64,000 nucleotides of DNA from Anthoceros angustus (GCA_010909165.1 VJWM01000182.1:124001-188000), one strand, 5' to 3'; counted from the first letter of the stretch, positions 1 to 13,334 are shown. A program made the numbers and translations. Notes: generated by a model not told the origin, from the sequence alone.

Positions 1-1931
1 ATTGCTGAGCTTATAAGCCAACAGAAGACCCGGCTGTGATTGCAAGACCTGTTCCACCCTTATTTTGAAGGGTCGGCATACTCCCTCAAACACTCGATCA
101 AGTACAAAAGCCATGTCTGTCTCAACCTTGCTCTCGTCTCTATCCACTTCTCTAGAAAAGCGCCTGGATGCTGAACCATCAAATGAGCCCTTCCGAGAGC
201 CATTGGCTAATGTGGCATCAGTGTTGAAGAGCGCCAGAGCAAGATCATGCTCAGATGCCAAGGCCTGTAGCAAAAGGAAGTGAAGTGTCTCAGTTCAACC
301 TACAATTGATCTCAAGATGCAATCCTAGAAAACTCTGGAGAGTTTGTCCTATCTTCACCTGATGAAGCCATGCAAGCATATCACCAACATATCGGAGCGG
401 ATCAGGTGCATGTACTTCTATGGGTCTGGGCATTCCACCAGGACCTCCTCGTGTAAGTGCACTGAGGAAGCGCCTAAATAGGGCGTTGTGTCTTGTGTTG
501 GCCACCTGTTATTTACAGTCAAAGATGGCTAACTGAGTGAAAGGTCTGCACCAATCTGGAAATGACATCAGATTGCAGCCTTTCTCATACACAGCAATAG
601 ACGGCGTGGTATCCCCTCACCTCCTCTGCACAGTACTTGAAAAGAACCGGCCTTTCTTTCAAAGCTGCTGCAGCTGTTTTCAACAGCTCACTGACTTCAG
701 GGGTATCATTATCACCGAGGCTACGACACTCTGCCTGCACCCACCTGCCAGAATCAGCAAACTGAGAAACGGGCAGATAAGGAGGCACAAAAGGCACCAG
801 GATGACTAAATAGATCATAGACACGATGGAAATATCCTGCAGTTGGCAACTATTTATGATCGGGGCAAGACTTCTATGCTTTCATACTGTGCAGCAGCTG
901 AGTACCTGCAAAGTCGCTCATATGCCCCTTCTTGATAAACAGCCATCATGTCCATCAACTCTAGCCCTGCTCGCTGAAGAGAGAAAGAACACCAACGATT
1001 AGGAAAGGCATTAAGAGGTCAGAGATGAACAGCACGTTTCGACAGAATAGAGAATACCTGGTGATGTGTCCGCAATAGAACCTTGCAGTTGGAATGTATC
1101 TCTTGAACACGTGTGAGTGCCTTGAAAAAGTTCTCATTGAGATCATCTTCGCGTAATGCATTCACCTGGGAATGCCGGATCGAATGTTCATGCCTAACGA
1201 GGAAGGATACCCGACAGTTACATCCTGCTCACACGAACATGCGTACCTCCTCAGGAGAAAGCTGATAATTGTGCAGAAAGTTTGCAATTAGTTCTTGTCT
1301 TTGGTTGGCGTTTTCAAGCTCCTGCTTGAGTCTGTCTGTAGCTGTCACTATTTCGCCAGTAGTGGCACTCCAGCTGCTCAATGACTTGGCTATTCTGTCA
1401 GATCATCACAAACGTGAAGACCAGACTTTATACCAAACATCGGAACAAAAGAGTTTGAAGGTGAATCCTTACCTGTCACAGCACTCTGCTAACCCAGCGA
1501 CCTCCAACTCCACCACGTCCAGAGCCTGGAAAACACACATGAGATCACCTCAAACCACGGACCTTGACATAAAGCGTTAGACCCGAAACATACATACTGC
1601 TGGAGCATAACCCTAGGATCTACAGGGCAAGTCCGCAATAGGCTGAGCGCTGGTGGTGCGGAACTGCATAGATGCGGGGGTTCAAACGGTGGCCTGTGAC
1701 GCAATGACAAATGTGTAGGACCTTCTGAGCGGACTCGGATGCTCTGAGGAACTCGTCATTGATCATCAGTGCACGCTTCTCAATCGTAGCTCGCAGGTTC
1801 CTGCGGGCCTGGAGAGTGTTTTCGGTGTAGAAAGTGGACAGAGTTCCCAGGGATGGCAGCAGCTCCGGGGAGTCGGTACGGGTCTCCAAAACTTTCTTCA
1901 GCTTGCGCGACAGCCCCGGTGCCGTCGCCAT
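1..1931 (-). CDS. COG6: Conserved oligomeric Golgi complex subunit 6, 5' part. Exons (minus): 1931-1722, 1525-1473, 1394-1247, 1165-1058, 973-906, 744-621, 505-359, 264-<1
   Basis: Manual splicing at GT..AG sites with consistent phases gives [25 protein letters not shown]...[10 protein letters not shown]...[30 protein letters not shown]...[35 protein letters not shown]...[21 protein letters not shown], which I recognise as plant COG6. Confidence 0.95.
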
Positions 1932-2445
1932 GGCTCCTCGCCGCGGTGAACACCAGGGCAATCGTGCGTGTTTTGGGATTTCGCTATGTACACACCGGAG
2001 CCATGATCTGATTGACGAGTAGAGAGTAGGGCCAACTCTAACAACCACTGAGGTGGAAAGGTGAACCCCAAATGTATCGGGATGATACCCGTGCAGAAGC
2101 TTGTGGGGAGGCTCGGGCTCTGTTGGGAGTTCTCTTTGTCCAAGCCAGCGCTGAGAGCCTAATTGGTCACTCTCTACCTGCCCCCTAATTGTGAAGAATC
2201 CGCAAGTCGTACAGCCGGGGTTTCTCGTTTGTCTGTGGAAATCCAGGGCGGCGTGGCGAGGACACGGCGAGGAGTGGGCGCGGAGGCGCGCAGTTCACCA
2301 CCCTTGGGCATACTGACCCTGCAGGTGGAAGCTTCATCGGCCTGGGTGGCGCGCCGTCGTTAATCGGGGCCCTTCCCACTGCTCTGGGCTTCTTGCACTC
2401 CACCCTACCACCCACCGACCCTCCCCCGCGGGTGTTAGTCCTTTG

Positions 2446-2660
2446 CCAGCACGGGTGCCTTTCAGAAGGGCTCGCAGCTGACCTCATAGACCGTGGGGAG
2501 AAGATTGCTGGATAGTGTAATCTTGGGCAACCTCCTTGTGGACATGTATGCAAAACATGGTGAATTGGAAGATGCACGCCAGATTTTGGACAGCATGGCC
2601 ACAAAGGATGTGGTGACATGGATGGTCCTGATTGCTAGGTATGCAAATGTGGTGAACTGA
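2446..2660 (+). pseudogene. PLS-class pentatricopeptide repeat (PPR) gene fragment
   Basis: + frame reads LDSVILGNLLVDMYAKHGELEDARQILDSMATKDVVTWMVLIARYA then a stop. This matches the typical plant PLS-PPR motif (N.LVDMYAK.G.LE.AR..FD.M..KDVV.W). No start codon and frameshifted upstream. Confidence 0.8.
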
Positions 2661-2689
2661 AAGGTGCCCGGCAGGTTTTCCACAGCATG

Positions 2690-4241
2690 AACGTGAGGAA
2701 TGAATGTGGTGACATGAACAGCCCTGATTGCTTGTTCAAGAGGTTCTTGTTCCGTGAGGACAACTGGAGCAAGAAGGCCTCAATTGGGCTAGCCATGTTA
2801 CTTTTGCTTGCCTTCCGCAGTCCTGTGCAAGGACGGGGGCCTTTCGGAGGGGCAGGCAGCAGCACTCACAGTCTGGGAGATTCCTGGATAACGAACTGGT
2901 GGTGGTGGCAAGCTCCTCCAAGGGGTGACAGGAAAAAAGGCAATCCAAGATGAACTGGACACAACCGGGAGGACCCCTGGAAGCATGCTTGAAGGGCCTT
3001 GCACAATGCTAACGATACCGAGGGCGCGACTGCGGAGTTGGTTTTGGACTTTCCTAAGTAAGGAAAACTGTAGGAAACTGTCCCTCACGGACAGAACTGT
3101 CCGTTCGGAGCTTCTTTCCTTCTTGGCTCTAGAAGGAGGACGAGCTGGAGTTGTCGCAAGGGCGATAGTAGCTGAGTAAACTGGAACAATTTTTCATTTC
3201 ATTCAAAGAACAAGGCCTCCGGTCGGATATCTCGCTTCGAGTAACACCCCTCACTGCGTAGCCTGTAAGGAAGTGACAAGTGCCGGCTTCCCAGCGGTCT
3301 AGGACCTCGCCAATTCACTCCACAAGAGACTTGCATGATTCTCAGTGCTCTCAACACGGTTCTCAGTACTCTCAACCTCACAACACAGCACTAGGTTCTA
3401 AGTAGCCCGCCGTCCACTGACGACTTGCAGGCCACCTTCTCGAGGTGCTTCTCTTTATTGCAAGAATACAACAATGGAATCTGGCTATCTACGCCTAACT
3501 GTGATTCCATGACAAGCTCACTAGCTAGCTCTCCACAGCTCTCTCAACACAAGGCTGCGGCCTTGCACAATGCTAACGATACCGAGGGCGCGACTGCGGA
3601 GTTGGTTTTGGACTTTCCTAAGTAAGGAAAACTGTAGGAAACTGTCCCTCACGGACAGAACTGTCCGTTCGGAGCTTCTTTCCTTCTTGGCTCTAGAAGG
3701 AGGACGAGCTGGAGTTGTCGCAAGGGCGATAGTAGCTGAGTAAACTGGAACAATTTTTCATTTCATTCAAAGAACAAGGCCTCCGGTCGGATATCTCGCT
3801 TCGAGTAACACCCCTCACTGCGTAGCCTGTAAGGAAGTGACCGGCTTCCCAGCGGTCTAGGACCTCGCCAATTCACTCCACAAGAGACTTGCATGATTCT
3901 CAGTGCTCTCAACACGGTTCTCAGTACTCTCAACCTCACAACACAGCACTAGGTTCTAAGTAGCCCGCCGTCCACTGACGACTTGCAGGCCACCTTCTCG
4001 AGGTGCTTCTCTTTATTGCAAGAATACAACAATGGAATCTGGCTATCTACGCCTAACTGTGATTCCATGACAAGCTCACTAGCTAGCTCTCCACAGCTCT
4101 CTCAACACAAGGCTTGCAGCGCCTTGCCTGCTCTCTCTCAAAGAGTGAGTCTCACTTGTTCCTCAAAGCCTTTGCTCTATCCGTTATATATCCCGCAGCC
4201 TGACCTCAACTAGGCAACTATTAAATCTAGGGATTCTTACA
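2690..4241 (-). mobile_element. LTR-retrotransposon remnant (LTR-like 5' end plus leader and possible gag start)
   Basis: Minus strand starts TGTAAGAATCC at 4241 and contains GATATATAAC (TATA-like) and AATAAA. It continues into a leader and a short MASPIEAFLLQLSSRNKNLLNKQ ORF near 2790. The LTR-like part recurs at about 5790-6015. PBS not convincingly identified. Confidence 0.45.
2996..4127. repeat. Tandem duplication, about 564-bp unit x2
   Basis: 2996-3559 repeats at 3560-4120. GCCTTGC is present at start (2996), junction (3560) and end (4121). Confidence 0.9.
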
Positions 4242-4842
4242 GACCACTGATCACTAAGAGTCCTCTCTAGGCAGCTCTTCATTTGTGGCTGTAGCAATTC
4301 CTCTCTAACAAGAGATTGCATGAAGCATACAACACATGCATCTTCTCAACAAGGCAGCTACTAACTTAACTTTTTATCTCTTTCAATTTTTCACCTTTCT
4401 ACCTTGTTTCACTAGTACCGTAAATCATGAATACACAAAGCTCTAAAGTGACTACTCAGATTATAGAAACTAGCTCCGAAAGGCGCCGTGAGGGAAACTG
4501 CGGCCCCAGTGAAGAGTTAGCGGAGGAGCGGGCCGGGTCGGCGCAAGAAGTGGGCCGGGTCCAAAGATGGGCAAACATTTTAGTAGTTTAAGAACTACCG
4601 GTGTCGATGGCGTCTCCCATTTCGTGTTTTCTTCCATTCTTTGTGTTATGCTCCTTTCATCTTTCGTTTGCGGACTTGAGTGTGGGAAGTTAGAGTCCTT
4701 TTAATTTATTTTTATATATTCATAGATAGATTATTATATGTTTTTAACCATGTTGTCATGGTCTCCGACTATCATGTACTTCTTGGATTTGAGAATGACT
4801 TGTTATCAAATTCCATTTTCATTGTAGCTTTTTTATTCATAA

Positions 4843-5051
4843 TGAGTGGAGTTTTGGAGCAATTATCATCGAGGAAGCGGAAGAGGGAATGGTGGAAGTT
4901 TCCTCGGCAAATCACATTATGGAGAGATATACATATGCAAGCATGGCATAGTAATGGAGCTAAGGTGCAGGATGGTCAATGGCGATTTGCTTATAGAATG
5001 TCATATCCTAACTTTCTGGTTTTGGTTGATATGCTAGGCCGTATTATGTAG
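4843..5051 (+). mobile_element. PIF/Harbinger-like transposase N-terminal fragment (copy 1)
   Basis: MSGVLEQLSSRKRKREWWKFPRQITLWRDIHMQAWHSNGAKVQDGQWRFAYRMSYPNFLVLVDMLGRIM resembles the W..W...D..W...FRMS...F..L...L N-terminus of HARBI1/PIF nucleases. No DDE core follows. Confidence 0.55.
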
Positions 5052-5054
5052 CAT

Positions 5055-8000
5055 CTATTGAGGAGCCTCTTCAACACCAACATGCAGTTGCCATGGTCCG
5101 TTCCCGCTACGCAACCGGACCAATTTGCCTCCTCCTCGAGCCCTCTCCCGCCATCCATCCTTGCGGAGGGCCACCATCTCCCTTTCAGGCGGTCCAACAG
5201 CTCCGCCCGGCCCCTAACTTCCTCCAAGTCCTTCTCCAATTCGTGATGTCACGCTCCTTACTTGGCCGACTCTCCTCCACCCTCCAATAGAGCTGAGTCG
5301 CTCTATCTCGCTTGTGGTCCATGATTCTCCTTGGAGAATTCCATTCAACTCCACCGTTTTGGAGCCCCTGTGGTCTCCTGCGGTCCTCCACCACGCGCTC
5401 CTCCGTACCTGTACCATCCCAGGAGATCTTCCATCCCTCCTTCTCTTCTTCACGGCTTGCAGTGTTCGCCACCGCCTCTCGGCCTTGAGGTTGTGGCTAC
5501 TCGCCGCCTCCCTCCACCGGTTCCGATCCCGCCGATAGTGGTCCCTATCCGTCTTCGCCGAGGCCTCTGCCTCCCGCGCCCCTTTCACCTGGGCCTCCCA
5601 GGCTTGGTGCTATTCACCCGGGCGGTCTCGGCGGGTCCTTGGCCTCTCCTTTGCCTTCTCGCCTCCTCTGCCTCTTCTTGGGCCGCTCCTCTCCGCCTAC
5701 AAAGGTCCTCCGCCTTTGCCGGTGCCTCAAGGTTTCAACTGCTCACAGCACTAGGTTCTAAGTAGCCGCCGTCCAGCGACTTGCAGGCCACCTTCTCGAG
5801 GTGCTTCTCTTTATTGCAAGAATACAACAATGGAATCGGCTATCTACGCCTAGCGTGATTCCATGACAAGCTCACTAGCTAGCTCTCCAGCTCTCTCAAC
5901 ACAAGGCTTGCCTTTCTCTCTCAAAGAGTGAGTCTCACTTGTTCCTCAAAGCCTTTGCTCTATCCGTTATATATCCCGACCTCAACTAGGCAACTATTAA
6001 ATCTAGGATTCTTACGGACCACGATCACTAAGAGTCCTCTCTAGGCGCTCTTCATTTGTTGTAATTCCTCTCTAACAAGAGATTGCATGAAGCATACAAC
6101 ATGCATCTTCTCAACAAAGCTACTAACTTAACTTTTATCTCTTTCAATTTTTCACCTTTCTACCTTGTTTCACTAAATCAGTAAATCATGAATACACAAA
6201 GCTCTAAAGTGACTACTCGGATTATAGAAACTAGCTCGAAAGGCGCCGTGAGAAAGCTACGGCCCAGTGAAGAGTTAGCGGAGGAGCGGGCCGGGTCGGC
6301 GCAAGAAGTGGGCCGGGTCCAAAGATGGGCAAACATTTTAGTAGTTTAAGAACTACAGCCGGCCGTGTCCAGTGGCCGTCTCCCATTTCGTGTTTCGTCT
6401 TCCATTCTTTGTGTTGCGGCTCCTTTCATCTTTCGTTTGCGGACTTGAGTGTGGGGAAGTTAGAGTCCTTTTTAATTTATTTTTTATATATTCATAGATA
6501 GATTATTATATGTTTTTTTAACCATGTTGTCATGGTCTCCTGACTATCATGTACTTCTTGGATTTGAGAATGACTTGTTATCAAATTCCATTTTCATTGT
6601 AGCTTTTTTATTCATAATGAGTGGAGTTTTGGAGCAATTATCATCGAGGAAGCGGAAGAGGGAATGGTGGAAGTTTCCTCGGCAAATCACATTATGGAGA
6701 GATATACATATGCAAGCATGGCATAGTAATGGAGCTAAGGTGCGGGATGGTCAATGGCGATTTGCTTATAGAATGTCATATCCTAACTTTACGGTTTTGG
6801 TTGATATGCTAGGCCGTATTATGTAGCATCTATTGAGGAGCCTCTTCAACACCAACATGCGATTGCCATGGTCCGTTCCCGCTACGCAACCGGACCAATT
6901 TGCCTCCTCCTCGAGCCCTCTCCCCGCCATCCATCCTTGCCTGGAGGGCCACCATCTCCCTTTCCAGGCGGTCCAACAGCTCCGCCCGGCCCCTAGCTTC
7001 CTCCAAGTCCTTCTCCAATTCGGCGATGTCCTGCTCCTTACTTCGCCGTCGACTCTCCTCCACCCTCCAATAGAGCTGGAGTCGCTCTATCTCGCGCTTG
7101 TGGTCCATGATTCTCCCTTGGAGAATTCCATTCCGCTCCACCGTTTTGGAGCCCCTGTGGTCTCCTGCGGTCCTCCACCACGCGCTCCTCCGTACCTGTA
7201 CCATCCCAGGAGATCTTCCATCCCTCCTTCTCTTCTTCACGGCTTGCAGTGTTCGCCACCGCCTCTCGGCCTTGAGGTTGTGGCTACTCGCCGCCTCCCT
7301 CCACCGGTTCGATCCGCCGATAGTGGTCCCTATCCGTCTTCGCCGAGGCCTCGCCTCGCGCCCCTTTCACTGGGCCTCCTCACTTGCCTCCTCACTGCCT
7401 CCTCACTGCCTCCTCACTTGCCTCCTCCTCGAGCCCTCTCCGCCTTCTCTTGGCGCGCTCCTCCGCCTACAAAGGTCCTCCGCCTTTGCCGGTGCCTCAA
7501 GGTTTCAACTGCTCACAGCACTAGAGCACCACAGCCTGTCTTGTTGGGCGGACTGGCCTCAGTTGGCCGGCCTTCTCCTCCTCGACTCTAGCGAGGGTCT
7601 CCGCCTTCTCTTGGCGGCTTGGGCGCCTCACCGGCCTTGAAGCTCCACCATTCGTCTTGGTGGCCTCACTTCTGGGCCTTCTGCGCCTCTGCCTCTTCTT
7701 GGGCGCTCCTCTCCGCCTACAAAGGTCCTCCGCCTTTGCCGGTGCCTCTCCCAGCGTGCTTCAGCTGACTACTAGAGCACCACAGCCTGTCTTGTTGGGC
7801 GGACTGGCCTCAGTTGGCCTCCTCCTCGACTCTAGCGAGGGTCTCCGCCTTCTCTTGGCGGCTTGGGCCGCCTCCGCCCTTGAAGCTCCACCATTCGTCT
7901 TGGTGGCCTCACTTCCTGGGCCTTCGTGCCCGTTCGCGAGACCCCAAAGCACTCCGTCCATGGCGTAGCACCCTCTGGTCTCTTCTGGCCGCTGGGGAGA

Positions 8001-9622
8001 TCCCCGTGAAGTCCGCCGTGGGCTCAGGTGCCCGCCCGTTCAAGGACCGCCAAGCCGATCCGGAGGAGGCGGACTAGGGACCTGCACCCACTCAGAGTGT
8101 TGCAGTCGGGCTTCCACCTCCTTAGCCCTCTTAGCTGCTAACTCCTTCTCCGCCCGCCTTCTCTTGGGGTCCGGAGGTGGTGAGGGGGTCCGAGCTGGCT
8201 CGGCCACCCCTCACAGGGCAGGGGTCGGGGTGGGGTTCTTTGCGGTGTCCCCCGCTCCACAGGCGCATCTCGCTCCGCCCTCCTCACTGCCTCCTCTGCT
8301 TCCTGCCACTCCTTCGGCAAGGGCAGAGGGACCGGAGCGGTCCTGGGGGCTGTGGTGGTGGAGGCCGTCTTCCTCTTCTTTCCCTCCCGCCTGGTCTTGC
8401 GAGGTTCGGGGGCCGGGGCCGTCGTAGGTTGCTGGCTTGTTGGTACCGTGACCACTAGCTCCCTCCCTGCTCCAGTCTCCTCCGGCGTGGGGTGCTCCGG
8501 TGGAGGGACTAAGAGGAGGGAAGCGGGAATTTCTTCCCATACTTCCCGGGGCGGCGAGGGGGTCCGTTCCAGTCGTATGGAGTCCGGAATCCCCTCCCAA
8601 TCCTCCTCGTCTTGGACCCGCCTTGTCTTGGGAGGGTGGCCCTCCATCTCCGGTGCTCTCCCTTCTCGCTCCGTCTCGGGAAGGGTCACCAACCCCTTTC
8701 GGAGCGCTCGCTCCTCTTCTCCCTCCCTCAGGAGGTTAAGGTGCCCCCACACATGGATGATGAACGGAGACAGAGCTGATGGGGGCGGCCGCTCGTTTCG
8801 CAACTTCCTCGCCTCCTGATTAACTCGGCCGAAGATGATCCTTCCCCAGTCGGCCCTCTTCCCTCTCTACAGGGCGTGGAGGAACACAAGCAAATTGTCC
8901 CCAAGGTGATCCACCTTGGTGAGCATGTTCCAGTGAACGATGATCTTTGCCACCGCCCTCACCCTCCTATCCAGCAGGTCCGACATTAGCCACCCATTTG
9001 AGGACCGCTGCGTCCCCGGCCTCAAGAGCGCCGCCCTTGCCGCCTCCACCTTCCCTTTAACCTTAAGGGGCTCCGGGATTACACCCCCAATCTTCTCCGC
9101 TGGGCGGTTGTAGACCGCCCTCAGGACCTCCACGGTCCATCTCCTGCGGTCCTCCCTCAAGCTTTTGGAGCGGACCGTTTTATTAGCCAACATCTTCGTA
9201 CTCCGGACCGAGTGTGTTGTCGAACATCAAACCGCTGGAAGATGTCCAGTACGATCTGCACCAATTCTTTGGCCTCCTCCAGCCAAGGCCTGAAGTCCGG
9301 GTAGCGCTTGGTGACGATGTTCCTCTCCACCAGGCGCTAGGGTTCCCAGCCCTCCGCCGCCTTCTTGGGCCCCATAATTGTGCGCCTCCCGGTCTGCTGT
9401 TGTGGCTTGATGATCGACAGCTCTCCTTCTGCACTCCGCCGCATCGAATGCTCCGTTCGCGAAAGAGGGCCACTCGTAGTTACGCTTGGGCACCAGAAAA
9501 GATAGCGCCAGAGGCGGGGTGCACAGCGCGAGTGATGCAGCGCAAGCGATCGAAGAATGGCCTTCTCGGTGCGAGCGTCGAGAATGCGCGGGAGGCGTCC
9601 TTTCGCCCGCCATAGTCTGCAT
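5055..9622 (-). mobile_element. Degraded TE-associated long ORF (Pro-rich and coiled-coil), frameshifted and internally re-duplicated
   Basis: Consecutive minus-strand ORF pieces (9227-9622, 8867-9193, 8138-8803, 7761-7961, 6830-7240), including the coiled-coil ELEKDLEEARGRAELLDRLEREMVALQARMDGG. Segments repeat at about 5600-5760, 7440-7620 and 7660-7910. Family not recognised. Confidence 0.35.
6616..6826 (+). mobile_element. PIF/Harbinger-like transposase N-terminal fragment (copy 2)
   Basis: Near-identical duplicate of 4843-5051. Confidence 0.55.
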
Positions 9623-10339
9623 TGCCTCTAGCTTTATGCCGCCACTCGCGTACTCTAGCCTTACTCTGGCACATGTACCCCGAGCGTGGTTACCTGCCCA
9701 TAACGGCCACTGGCAACCCTACGGTCTGGTCCATGCATGCATCCCCCTCTTAGCACTGGCCCACGTGGCGCCTTGCCAAACTACGCTCCCCGTTCCAAAG
9801 TTACCTTTCCTGGCGTACTTATCGCGACTTACTCCGGAGTGCAGTCCGGACTCACCGCGGTCTACTCCGGAGTGCGGTCCGTAGTCCCTCAAGCCGCTTC
9901 GAAGCGCGATCCGGAGTCACCCTGTCTATTCCGGAGTGCGATCCGGATTCCCCCGTCCTTAGGCGCTTCGGTCGATCGTCCCCTTCTTACCCGTCTCGGT
10001 CTTATTTCCTCTTTCTCGTCTTATTTCTTACTCCAAACAAAAAAAAAAACTAGCTCATTACCTTTCTAAGGGGGAGAGCCTACGGTCCACAGGTGTATAT
10101 ACTGAACAGACAAGCACAAAAAAACAGAGCTACCAGTGAACTGCCACGTTACAGATGTACTAGAACCTACAACAATAAGGTATCTATACTGAATAAACAA
10201 GCACACAAAAACAAAATTACCCGTGAACTACCACGTTACAAATATACTAGAACCTCTTGTTTCCTTGAGTGGCAGTTGACGTGAACCTCCTTTTCCTAGA
10301 TCAGTGCACACGATAAGAAGCGTGCCAATTCCTAGCGTA

Positions 10340-10790
10340 TTGCCTTTTTGGCAGCTTTATGTCATTCCTGCCCTTCCTGCCCTTTCTGCCTTTCTTCAAC
10401 CTGCTTGTCTCGGAGCCATTCTTTCTGCCCTTCCTATCCTTCTTGCCTTTCTTAAACTGTTTAGGAGCCCTCCTTCCCGCCCTTCATGTCCTTCCTGCCT
10501 TTCTTCAATTGATTAGGAGCCCCCGTCCCGCCCTTCCTATCCTTCCTGCCTTTCTTCAACCTGCATGTCTGGAGCCCTTCTTCCTGCCCTTCCTGCCTTT
10601 CTTCAACTTGCATGTCTGGAGCCTTTCTTCCTGCCCTTCCTGTCTTTCTTCAACTTGCAAGTCTGGAGCCCTTCTTCCTGCCCTTCTGCCTTTCTTCAAC
10701 TTGCCTGTCTGGAGCCCTTCTTCTTGCCGTTCCTGCCTTTCTTCAACCTGCTTGTTTGGAAGCCCTTCTTCCTCCTATGTCTTGCCTTTC
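10340..10790. repeat. Degenerate pyrimidine-rich minisatellite, about 47-bp unit
   Basis: Unit GCATGTCTGGAGCCCTTCTTCCTGCCCTTCCTGCCTTTCTTCAACTT in roughly 8-9 diverged copies. Confidence 0.85.
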
Positions 10791-10891
10791 TAACCACTCT
10801 TGCTATGTTCACCAAGACATCCTTTTGTGTTTTGGGGCAACCCTGCAAGCATCGTTGCTATTTTGAGCTGGTTTTCCATCTGCAACTCATC

Positions 10892-11050
10892 CTAACGTAA
10901 TTCGTGTTGGAGCATTAGCTGCTGAATATGGAGCTGATTGGCCATCTTGGCAGCTTCAATCTTTGCTAGACAATTTGCAAAAGAAGATAAGCCTACCACA
11001 ATTTCCTTTCCAACTCTTGAAGTAGAAGACCTTTTACACTTGACCTTTTT
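10892..11050 (-). pseudogene. Possible C-terminal coiled-coil of a trihelix/Myb-SANT protein
   Basis: KEIVVGLSSFANCLAKIEAAKMANQLHIQQLMLQHELR* resembles the C-terminal coiled-coil of SIP1/ASIL-type trihelix or Harbinger MYB-like proteins. Confidence 0.3.
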
Positions 11051-12614
11051 GCCCTTAACAGAATCGCACATATTGTCGTAACAGTGTTTCTCAGCATAGG
11101 GGTTTGTCTCCGAACCCCATTTTGGCCCCAACCATCCAGAAATGCAAACGTCTCATTTCACTGTTTTCAGTGATTTGCGAACCCACAGCCCATGCATCCG
11201 AGCCCAAAAGAAAACCTAATGTGCCCACCGTCCGCACAAATGCCGACACACTTTGTACCAAGTGGCCGGATGATCGCGACTTATGCTCCAAAGAGCCGGA
11301 GTGCAACGTCCGCAGACTTATACTCCAAAGAGGTGCAATACACCGGGTTTGGAGAGGGTTGCGTCAATACTTGTGTAGGCAAACACTTTCGTTCAAGTCG
11401 CTTGTGCACTTACCACCGCACCAACACTCACATCAATTCTCTTTTCAAACCTCGTGATTCAAAGCAATCCTGCACCAGCATACCTGTCGACCCGGCCCCT
11501 CCGTGTCGAGATAAGCCGCACTTAGATCGCAGATTGGCGCAGCAGAATTGGACAAGGTAAAGGATGGTGAGGCCTCCTCAACCGCTCTTGATCAAACTCT
11601 TCGTAGCTTACATTTCTTCTTGTCAAGTCCGCATCGCTTTCAACCTTAATCTATCCATGGGTGGCACATGGAGCAAGTCGATCTTAAATTCAAAATCTCC
11701 GCGAAGCTTGGCTATAGTTCGTCTCGAACACCTAGTCACGCCACAGTAGTGGGCGCCACAAAGACAGTCCTCCTTGAGCCTCACGAAATACTCGACCATT
11801 TGGTCAAAACCCCCAGCGACTAAATTCTTTCTTCAGATACTCACTGCTCTCACTAGGGCTCGCAGGGCTGTGCAGATGCTCTTATGCTTGTGTTCGATCG
11901 CATCCATTACTCATTACTCAAGGAAAAATCATCTATTCTATTTATTTTCTTGCTTCTCGCAAAACATTGTGAAACATTGTCGCCTTCAAAAGGTTGGCCA
12001 TTAGAAACCACCATCATACATGTCGAATTTTGGAAAATGTAGCTCATCTAGAAACCAAGGCCTATGCATCTATACGCATCAAACTCGAATGAGCGGACAT
12101 TTGGCGCACCAATCAAAGAGATCCACCGCAAGTCATCGGAAGGGGCACATAGAGTAAGGCCAAAAGGTTTTACATGTTGTATACAAAGCGAATGTGGAAT
12201 ATAACATCAACCAACAAATGATTTTCAAAAATAATATTCATGACTTTACGCCTAGATACCGGATGATTTACAAATTTTTCAAACCACTAAAAATCAACAC
12301 TCCATCCTAGTATTGATACGCCTAGGTTGCTTAACAAAGGAGTTGTTACAAAGTTTTCAAAGCGCCAAAACAAGCAAGCCATCCTAGTACTAATCCGACC
12401 CAAGAGTGCATAACCGAAGTTCTAAAGCACCAAAGTCAAGCACCCCATCCGGTCCGATCCGACCCGGGTGCTTAACCTTGGAGTTCTTATGCCATTGAGT
12501 CTATCTGCACCTATCCCGAGAGATGTTAAGATACAAACAATATATATAGATTTCGGACGTCCCGATCCACTCCACCATTTCCATCTCACTGGACGCCCAC
12601 AAGATTGGGGTCTC

Positions 12615-12900
12615 AAAATGCGCCGGACGTCCGCGCAGTTTTAGCACTCGCCAATGTGCCGAACGTCCGCGCATTGTTCCAATTCCTTCTATGTTTTCAC
12701 TCTAACAATGGAGATCCTGTGGTTGTGTACTCAGTGCACACCGACGCCCAGCTACTTTTAGAGTCGTAGTTTGGTCCTCTCGAGATGGCCATGATCGAGC
12801 TATCGGTTAATGTTCTTCACAATTGCGCCGGACGTCCGTAGCTGTTTCTTCGCTTGAATTGCTACTTTTGCGTGTTGGTTGCGCCGGACGTCCGCCAGCT
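12615..12900. repeat. Dispersed GCGCCGGACGTCCG motifs (TE subterminal-repeat-like)
   Basis: Motif at about 12620, 12656 (variant), 12825 and 12881. Confidence 0.6.
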
Positions 12901-13334
12901 TTTGGACGGAATTTTGTTTGGTTTGCCTACTGCTCACCCCGCTAGGAAGTACTATCGCTGCGAAAGAGGTGTTTAGGATTCCTAGCACCGTTAAAATCCT
13001 TGAAATCCCTTCCTTGTGAAGGTGAAATCCATGAACCTTCTTCGGCTTCAACCTCGTAGCGTAAGTATTCACGAGAAAATAACATGGTCAATGTCTTTCA
13101 AGACATGTCTAAAGAGTGGTTTTGCTAAAGATGATGCATTTTTGGCCTGCTGGGGGTCATTTTTGGTCTTTAGGGACCCAAACCCTTTAATGGAGAATAA
13201 CCCCTATCTTTGAGAGACTGTTGCGTTCTTCAGCCTGCCTCTTACACTGGGGATTCTGCACATTGCTCTTCAGTGGTCTCATGAGCATCGGGAGTCATGT
13301 GCTGAGGTGCATGAGGCGAATCACCTTGAGAAGC

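Larger units (their letters stand above)
3942..7524. repeat. Tandem duplication, about 1.8-kb unit x2, indel-rich
   Basis: 3942-5743 repeats at 5744-7513. CACAGCACTAG at 3942, 5744 and 7514. Confidence 0.9.

Noticed and set aside
10359-10900. Hydrophobic repeat ORFs (LPFLPFFNL...)
   Set aside because: They arise from a 47-bp minisatellite whose period is not a multiple of 3, so the repeat peptide cycles through frames.
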